NCBI GenBank assembly: GCA_039586365.1
Contig: JBDHKN010000006.1
Span: 32,001 to 96,000, forward strand
From: Gemmatimonadota bacterium
Lineage (GTDB): Bacteria; Gemmatimonadota; Gemmatimonadetes; Gemmatimonadales; GWC2-71-9
Direction: 5' to 3'
DNA: 64,000 bases
Part shown: positions 57,913 to 64,000 of the stretch, one piece after another
How the letters are laid out: the number at the start of each line of letters is the position of its first letter
How positions within the stretch are numbered: the stretch's first letter is position 1
The notes under the pieces: model-generated
Databases searched by the model: none
Told to the model about the DNA's origin: nothing
Seen by the model: the letters and a program-made list of their open reading frames with translations, nothing else
Translations under genes and position numbers: made by a program

Positions 57913-59022
57913 TCAGTCATGGCGTTCGCCATGCGCGAGTTCCCCTGGTTTGGGCAGCTTGTCGCGCGGCAGCTCGATGCGAAACACGGAGCCCTCACCT
58001 TCCTCAGATCTGAATGAGACCGTGCCGCCGTGCTGGTGCACGGCCTTTCTGGTTGTGAGTAGCCCTAGCCCGACACCCTTGTCGGAGCCCTTGGTAGTAA
58101 CGAACCTCGTGAACACCTTTCTTCTGATTTCGTATTCCATCCCCCGACCATTGTCAGCGACTTCATACACCAGCATGCCGTTGCTTTCTCGTGTCGACAG
58201 TGTCACGACGAACTTCCGGTTCTTGTCAGTCACACCACAGGCATCCAAGGCGTTTGACACCAGGTTGGCTAGGCACGTGTGGATGCCTTCTTCATCCAGA
58301 GGCGCCGGAGGGATACCGTCTTGCAGATCTATCCGCAGTTCGATTCCCAGTTGGGTCGCTCGTTCCCGAAACAGCTCCACGACCTTGCGTGCGGGGTTGT
58401 TAGGGTCGACCAGCGTCACTTGTGCCACACCACCCTTGGCAAAGTCCAGAAATTCCTTTACGAACTCCGAGATCCGAGCGATGTTTTCCTCCAGCATGGT
58501 CCACCCCCGGGCAACACGTTCATCATCTTCCCGCTCTATCCCGGTGTTGACCGCGTAGATGCCCCCTTCCAAGCCCATGAGTACGTTCTTGATGCCATGG
58601 GCGATCCCTGCCACGGTCTCTCCCACGGTAGCCAGCCGCTCAGCTTCGCGTTTCTCGTTTTCCAGTTGTTTCACCAAGGTGATGTCCGTGGACATCTCAA
58701 TGACATAGGGGATTTCACCATCGACGCGAGTGATGGGAATCATCTGCACCAAGTAGTGGCTCTTCCCACCTCTGCTATAGGTCCCCTCCTCCTCGCGGGT
58801 GCGGATCCTTCCGTCAGTGAAGGCCTCCGACGCGGCGCACCGCAAGCAACGATCTGACCGACCTTTGTAGATCTCGAAACACTGACGGCCCTCCCAGGGT
58901 CCGTACTCCTCGCTGAAGCGCCGGTTCGCTCGGACGATATTGAAGTCCTTGTCGATGACACAGATGCCCACTGGTACCTCGTTGAACAGGTTTGCCTTGA
59001 GCCAAGCATCGATCGTCTTCAT
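57913..59022 (-). CDS. Soluble PAS histidine kinase
   Basis: PAS domain, H-box GIAHGIKN, NLVSNALDA, DNGRGM and GVGLGL. Confidence 0.92.
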   Translation of the reverse strand: MKTIDAWLKANLFNEVPVGICVIDKDFNIVRANRRFSEEYGPWEGRQCFEIYKGRSDRCLRCAASEAFTDGRIRTREEEGTYSRGGKSHYLVQMIPITRVDGEIPYVIEMSTDITLVKQLENEKREAERLATVGETVAGIAHGIKNVLMGLEGGIYAVNTGIEREDDERVARGWTMLEENIARISEFVKEFLDFAKGGVAQVTLVDPNNPARKVVELFRERATQLGIELRIDLQDGIPPAPLDEEGIHTCLANLVSNALDACGVTDKNRKFVVTLSTRESNGMLVYEVADNGRGMEYEIRRKVFTRFVTTKGSDKGVGLGLLTTRKAVHQHGGTVSFRSEEGEGSVFRIELPRDKLPKPGELAHGERHD

Positions 59023-61004
59023 GACGGATCACGGACCATCGACTGAATGGCTGAAGGCGTATCGCTGTACGCGCGGGACACCTCGGTGCCAGGGGCCATG
59101 CGGCGCAATTCCAGACTGCGGTCCACGTCGTGGCATGTATCGCAACGGTCCAGCGTGGGCGGATGACTTCCTGGATCTTCCGCTAATCGTCGTTCGTGGC
59201 AACTTTCGCACAGACCATGCATCGCGTGCATATAGCCGACGGCTGCCTGCCAGCGGTCCTGTGGTGGCTCGACGAAGGAAGCCACTGCCACCAATTCCTC
59301 GTGGCACTCGGCACAGGGAGCAGCTGTCTCGTAGCTCTTCGCGGCCTCAGGATCCTGATGGCACTCAAGGCATGCAGCGTTGCCTCCTAGCTTCTGTACG
59401 TGAGACATGTGGTTGAAGACCGATGTCGGCTCGTACATGTCACGGTGGCACTCATAGCACGCCGTGTTTCGGTCGTACGGCTTGTTGATGTGGTGACACA
59501 CTGTGCATGAACCTTCGTCTTCCAGGCGCGCTTTGTGTGCTTCGTGATCCAAGAGTACGGGATAGCCGTTTCTATTGCCGTCAATCATCAGGAGCGGCAT
59601 GGTCGCTCCGTCGCTCGGCCCCGTGCCAACATGATCTGGGAGTTCGAGTCTCCTGCCGGGACCACTCTGTCGGGGGACTGCAATACCGTCCACCGTGCGC
59701 GCCGGCGAGACGGGTGTTCTTGCGGGTACCAGGCCCAGTATCGCCTTGTCGGGAAGGAGCAGTACGGCAACCGCCGCCGCGGCAATGGTGATCAAGGAGA
59801 ATCTGCGGGGGGCAACTAGTTTGTGAGGCAGCAGGCCGTGCAGGGTGGCCGGATCAAATGAAGGTCTCGTCACGCGACCGGCATCCGGTTCTGCTTCGTA
59901 GACGTTGAAGCGTTCCACGAAGAAGAGGAAGATCAGGACAGCGCCCGATACGATGCCCAAGCTCACTGCGAACTCCATCCAACTCGGGAAGTACGCCAGA
60001 TCCTCCGGCCGGGCGAACGCCACGATGCAGACGTCGAGCCTGTAGAGTACCATGCCGAGGATTGTCAGTGCCGAACACAGTCCCAGGCCCGCAATGCTGG
60101 ATCGCACTGGCTTCAGCAGTAGGAGGCCAGCCGGGATGACAGCGCTAATCCCGAGTTCGGCAACGAACAGCAGGCTTTGCCAGGAACCGTCCAGGAAAGG
60201 GATCAATACACCGCGGAGGGCCAGATCACCAATGCGTAGTAGGACATACAATCCCAGAACCACCGCAGCTACCTTCCCCAGGCCGGACAATAGCTTTGCG
60301 TGGGTCCTGTGACCGAGGAAGAACGCGGCCAACAGCGACTCCATCACGACCATCATGAGTCCGAGTGCCACAGCCGACACGAAGAAGAGCACATACATGA
60401 TGGGGCTGTACCATAGCGGGTGAAGCCGATACGGTGTGATGAGAAACAGTGATCCGAGTGACGACTGGTGCAGTGTGGAGAGGATGATTCCCGCGATGAC
60501 CAGCGGGATGGTGATCCTCTTCAGAGCCTTGAGCGGCTTGTGCAGCGCCGAGCCTGTGAAGCGTGGGTGTTCCAGTACGACGGGTGCGAATTCCAGGGTG
60601 AGCACCGCCAGGTACAGCATCACGCAGGCCGCCACTTCGAACAGCACGGAGTGGTACTGCCAGTAGATTGCAGGATGCCAGATGTGCCAGGGCACGCCGA
60701 GGTCGTAGAACAGCCCCACCGCCACGGCGATGTATCCGAGGAAAGCAGTGAGGATCGCGGGTCGCACGAAAGGCCTGTACTTCTCGATGCCGAAGATGTA
60801 TACGGTCGCTGCCAGCACGAACCCACCTGCCGCCAGCGCCACTCCGCCCATGACGTCGAATCCTATCCAAAGCCCCCACGGCGCGGCGTCGGACAAGTTG
60901 GTGACAGCGCCGAGGCCATGGATGAAGCGCACCGCAGTGATGGCGGTGAGCACACCAACCAAAGCCCATAGAACTGACTTGAGAGCGTAGAGTCGCTTAT
61001 TCAT
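59019..61004 (-). CDS. HmcC/HybB (NrfD-family) membrane subunit fused to a hexaheme cytochrome c3-like domain
   Basis: GLGAVTNLSD..PWGLWIGFD, SVLFEVA and LSTLHQSSLG; six C-terminal CxxCH motifs. Confidence 0.88.
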   Translation of the reverse strand: MNKRLYALKSVLWALVGVLTAITAVRFIHGLGAVTNLSDAAPWGLWIGFDVMGGVALAAGGFVLAATVYIFGIEKYRPFVRPAILTAFLGYIAVAVGLFYDLGVPWHIWHPAIYWQYHSVLFEVAACVMLYLAVLTLEFAPVVLEHPRFTGSALHKPLKALKRITIPLVIAGIILSTLHQSSLGSLFLITPYRLHPLWYSPIMYVLFFVSAVALGLMMVVMESLLAAFFLGHRTHAKLLSGLGKVAAVVLGLYVLLRIGDLALRGVLIPFLDGSWQSLLFVAELGISAVIPAGLLLLKPVRSSIAGLGLCSALTILGMVLYRLDVCIVAFARPEDLAYFPSWMEFAVSLGIVSGAVLIFLFFVERFNVYEAEPDAGRVTRPSFDPATLHGLLPHKLVAPRRFSLITIAAAAVAVLLLPDKAILGLVPARTPVSPARTVDGIAVPRQSGPGRRLELPDHVGTGPSDGATMPLLMIDGNRNGYPVLLDHEAHKARLEDEGSCTVCHHINKPYDRNTACYECHRDMYEPTSVFNHMSHVQKLGGNAACLECHQDPEAAKSYETAAPCAECHEELVAVASFVEPPQDRWQAAVGYMHAMHGLCESCHERRLAEDPGSHPPTLDRCDTCHDVDRSLELRRMAPGTEVSRAYSDTPSAIQSMVRDPS

Positions 61005-61824
61005 CGCGTCCCTCGCCGTCACCTGCGTCGTCAGTCTTCGCACCGTGGTCTGCGGCGGACGAAACCCCCAAGGCCGTCTGCGAAGCTAGCTTGATCCGCC
61101 GACCGATGATCCAGTAGATCCCGGTCATTAGACCGCCGACCCCAAGCATCAGTGGGGGCACCTTGTGGAGGGCGGCCCAAGTGCGTTCGGGAAGGGGTTG
61201 CGGTCCCAGGTCGGGATGCCAGGCGAGAAAATCGAGCGGAATATCCGAGATGTAGAGCACGGATGTGCCACCGACCTCGTGTTCTCCAAATACCCGTGGG
61301 TAGTATTGCCCGGGATTTGCATCCAGACGGCGATGTGCCTCTTCTAGCAGCTCCGAACGTGACCCAAAAACGGTTGCTTCTTCAGGACATGCCTCCACAC
61401 ACGCTGGAATTCCTCCCTCTCTAATCCTGTGAATGCAGAAAGTGCACTTGCGTACATAGGAAACCCGCTCGTGCCATTCGTACCGCGGGATGCTGTAGGG
61501 ACAGGCAGCCAGACAATAGCGACAGCCCATGCATTTGTCGGGATCGTAGGTAACCGGACCCTCAGGAATCTTCTGCATGGCGCCAACCAGGCACGCGCTC
61601 ACGCAGGCCGGTTCCAGACAGTGGCGGCACTGCTGACGGACGTAGTGCTCGTTCGGGCGCCTGATGATCGTGCAGAAGCGCGTGGACGATAGGTCACTGA
61701 CCGCTGCTTGTCCCCGCCAGGGATGATCACGACCGAGTTCGTTTTCCTCCTTGCAGGCAGCAACACACTTCTCGCAACCAGTACAACGTGTTGTGTCGGT
61801 GAGGATAGCAACGGGTTGCGTCAT
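60997..61824 (-). CDS. HmcB/HybA-like 4x[4Fe-4S] protein with a C-terminal TM anchor
   Basis: CTGCEKCVAAC, CRHCLEPACVSAC, CMGCRYCLAACP, KCTFC...PACVEACP and GEHEVGGTS. Confidence 0.88.
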   Translation of the reverse strand: MTQPVAILTDTTRCTGCEKCVAACKEENELGRDHPWRGQAAVSDLSSTRFCTIIRRPNEHYVRQQCRHCLEPACVSACLVGAMQKIPEGPVTYDPDKCMGCRYCLAACPYSIPRYEWHERVSYVRKCTFCIHRIREGGIPACVEACPEEATVFGSRSELLEEAHRRLDANPGQYYPRVFGEHEVGGTSVLYISDIPLDFLAWHPDLGPQPLPERTWAALHKVPPLMLGVGGLMTGIYWIIGRRIKLASQTALGVSSAADHGAKTDDAGDGEGRDE

Positions 61825-62522
61825 ATTGGTTGCTCCTCTTTTCCGAGCATCGTACCGACCCTGCGGCCGGCATCTGGCGGGAAGTGCCAGGCCAGCTCGG
61901 ATACGAATTGAGTTTCTGGGAGCAGAATCATGTGGCTCAGCTTGGTGAGCGGAATCAAAATCAATAGCACATCGGCGCTCATTGCGTGGATGAAAACCGT
62001 CACATCGTATGGAATGGGATTCAACTGTGGATGGAGGATTAGGAATCCAGATATGAACGGCAGCGCGATCACCACTGGCAATGCGTAGTCCTGGAAGCGG
62101 CTCAGGCTCCTGGAATCACGGGCTGTGGCCCGCTGTATCACGAGGATTGCTGCTGTAACGATAGCCATTATGGTCAGAACGTCTGCGAAGCCGTTGGAAA
62201 TGGCCGGCCAGGACAGGCCCGTGCCCGATTCCCATAGCGCGATGTGGCCTGCCAGGAAGACCGGGACTACGATGATCGAGATATGAAAGACAAGGGTGGT
62301 CAGACTGTAATGGAAGCGCTGTCTGATCTGGCCTAAAGGAAGCAACCACTTGATGGTTGCAATGAGGGCCATCCGATACGGAATAGTCTTGTCACCGGCC
62401 CGGCTCACAATCCTCTTCATCTCCCAGACGGTCATCATTGCATGTCGCAACAGACCCAGCACCATGAACACGAAGGCTGCGCGGAAGAGCGGCCCACGAG
62501 CAAACTCAATCCAGGCTTCCAA
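61821..62522 (-). CDS. HmcE-like (NarI-family) cytochrome b subunit
   Basis: FARGPLFR, VFHISIIVVPVFLAGHI, IHAMSAD and IPLTKLSHM. Confidence 0.85.
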   Translation of the reverse strand: MEAWIEFARGPLFRAAFVFMVLGLLRHAMMTVWEMKRIVSRAGDKTIPYRMALIATIKWLLPLGQIRQRFHYSLTTLVFHISIIVVPVFLAGHIALWESGTGLSWPAISNGFADVLTIMAIVTAAILVIQRATARDSRSLSRFQDYALPVVIALPFISGFLILHPQLNPIPYDVTVFIHAMSADVLLILIPLTKLSHMILLPETQFVSELAWHFPPDAGRRVGTMLGKEEQPI

Positions 62523-62534
62523 TCTCTGCTCTCC

Positions 62535-63971
62535 TTATGTTTTTTCGGAGCGCAGCGGCAGCTGCCCGTCCGTTTGTTGGCTCATGTCTTCGCCGCTCCG
62601 GTCTTCTCCGTTCCCGTTCTCAGGGACTCCGAAGTCAATCACCTTCAGTAACAGGTCATGTAGGCCCACTACCTCCACCTCCTCCAGATCGTTGTCCTCG
62701 CAGACTTCGCGCAGTTGTTTCTTACAGTTAGCGCAAGGAGATACCAGGATTTGTGCCCCAGTGGCCCGGATCTGGTCAGCCTTGCGCTTTCCCATCGGCC
62801 CCGTTCGGAATGCGCGGATTTCATCGATGGACACTGTGCCCCCTCCTCCACCGCAGCAGTAGTTCTTGGTGCGGTTTGGGACCATGTCCACGAAATCCCT
62901 GCAAATAGCTTTGAGAATCTCTCTTGGCTCCTCAGTTATCCGTCCACTACGAGCAATGTTGCAGGGATCGTGATAGGTCACGCGCTCTTCGATGCGGCTA
63001 TTCTTGAGTGGTATTCTGCCCGCCTCAAGCATCTCATGGGTGTACTGCATGCAGTTGACTACTTGGGGGGCGTCCGGACCGCAGAAGGTGGGTATGTACC
63101 AAGCGCTTCGTGTCGCGTGGCCGCATTCTCCCACCAGGACTTTGCTACTTCCGAGACGGCGGACTTCAGAGACCACGTTGTGGACAATTCGTTCCATCAT
63201 CCGGTCACTGTAGAACAACCCGTAGTTGATTCCATCATAGTTGCCGGTACCGATGGTCCAGGATCCGCCAGAGACGTGCATTACCGCTGCATTCCCCATG
63301 AGGGTGTCTGCTTCGAGTAGGTAGTCGGACACCGCCGGGAAGAAGACGTATTCTGCTCCTTCAACGTCGAACGGGAATTTGACGGCGGCGCGGTAGATCT
63401 CCTCGAGTTCCTCTTCCAAGAATTCACAAGTGTCTTTGAGCGCTGGCACTGGGATCGCAGAGGTGTTACCTACGCCTTCGAGTTGCTCTCGTACGGAAGC
63501 CAGCAGTGCCTTGGGAATGACGTCGATCTCAGCCAGCAGCCAACGAGCCAAGTGCGTGATTAGGGCGTGGTCGATTCCTATGGGGCAGGTTGCCTTGCAC
63601 CGGCGGCAGGCAGTGCACCGGTAGTATTCCTCGGCCATTTCGTCCAGGTACTCATTTGTCAGAGCAAACCCTCCGAACAGCCTGGCCTTGGCGACACCAC
63701 TCTGCATGAAGTACCGTCGATACACGCGGAGCAGCAATTCGGAGCGACGACAAGGGATATCGCGCTCTTCCTGCGTGGTTTCGTATAGCTGACAGGATGC
63801 TCCGCAGCGGGCGCACTTGGCGCTCAACCGGGCATAGGTATCCAGAGCAAGGCCATAGTTACCTGCGTCAAGCACGGCCGCGAACGCCTCGAGGAACTTG
63901 CGGGGACGCTCCGTCACTTCGAGCGCCCTGGACTCGACATAGTAGCTGTATTTGTCCCGACCACTCACCAT
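62535..63971 (-). CDS. HmcF-like Fe-S/CCG protein (frame stays open to the window end, so the true start may lie outside)
   Basis: SAKCARCGASC, CTACRRCKATCP, GECGHA, YHDPCN, YCCGGGG and SPCANCK. Confidence 0.88.
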   Translation of the reverse strand: MVSGRDKYSYYVESRALEVTERPRKFLEAFAAVLDAGNYGLALDTYARLSAKCARCGASCQLYETTQEERDIPCRRSELLLRVYRRYFMQSGVAKARLFGGFALTNEYLDEMAEEYYRCTACRRCKATCPIGIDHALITHLARWLLAEIDVIPKALLASVREQLEGVGNTSAIPVPALKDTCEFLEEELEEIYRAAVKFPFDVEGAEYVFFPAVSDYLLEADTLMGNAAVMHVSGGSWTIGTGNYDGINYGLFYSDRMMERIVHNVVSEVRRLGSSKVLVGECGHATRSAWYIPTFCGPDAPQVVNCMQYTHEMLEAGRIPLKNSRIEERVTYHDPCNIARSGRITEEPREILKAICRDFVDMVPNRTKNYCCGGGGGTVSIDEIRAFRTGPMGKRKADQIRATGAQILVSPCANCKKQLREVCEDNDLEEVEVVGLHDLLLKVIDFGVPENGNGEDRSGEDMSQQTDGQLPLRSEKT

Positions 63972-64000
63972 TATCTTCTTCTTCCTCTGTGTTTTCCCAT

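Noticed and set aside
1..64000. Mobile-element signatures bounding the sulfur island
   Set aside because: No integrase, transposase, tRNA or terminal repeats were seen in the window

Overview
GC-rich genomic window from a diderm bacterium (an outer-membrane beta-barrel gene is present; the taxon cannot be fixed from sequence alone). It carries an almost complete dissimilatory sulfate-reduction supercluster. In order: tetrapyrrole genes hemL-hemC and hemB; a divergent rex; aprBA; two small Cys-rich genes; qmoAB; a qmoC disrupted by an internal deletion and frameshift; sat; dsrC-T-M-K-J-O-P-A-B-D-L-N; two cytidylate-kinase-like genes; TSUP and DUF1634-like transport genes; a siroheme module (sirC-like, an unusual ferrochelatase::glutamyl-tRNA-reductase fusion, sirB/cbiX, cobA-hemD); and a YeiH-type transporter. 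The minus strand carries three further DsrMK-family modules, each with its own regulators: a MerR/Cys-rich regulator; a macrodomain plus TmcC-like, TmcB::receiver fusion, kinase and receiver; and an Hmc-like set with a NrfD::hexaheme fusion, kinase and two receivers. The right half also holds a GH18/NamZ pair, hppA, adk, and a metal-uptake operon headed by a CxxC...RAPP leader ORF. The most notable unannotated signals are a seven-copy GTGA-N8-TCRC operator array with duplicated promoter geometry, the HemH-HemA fusion, the receiver-fused DsrK/TmcB paralogue, the RAPP leader peptide and the qmoC lesion. No rRNA, tRNA, CRISPR array or mobile element was seen.
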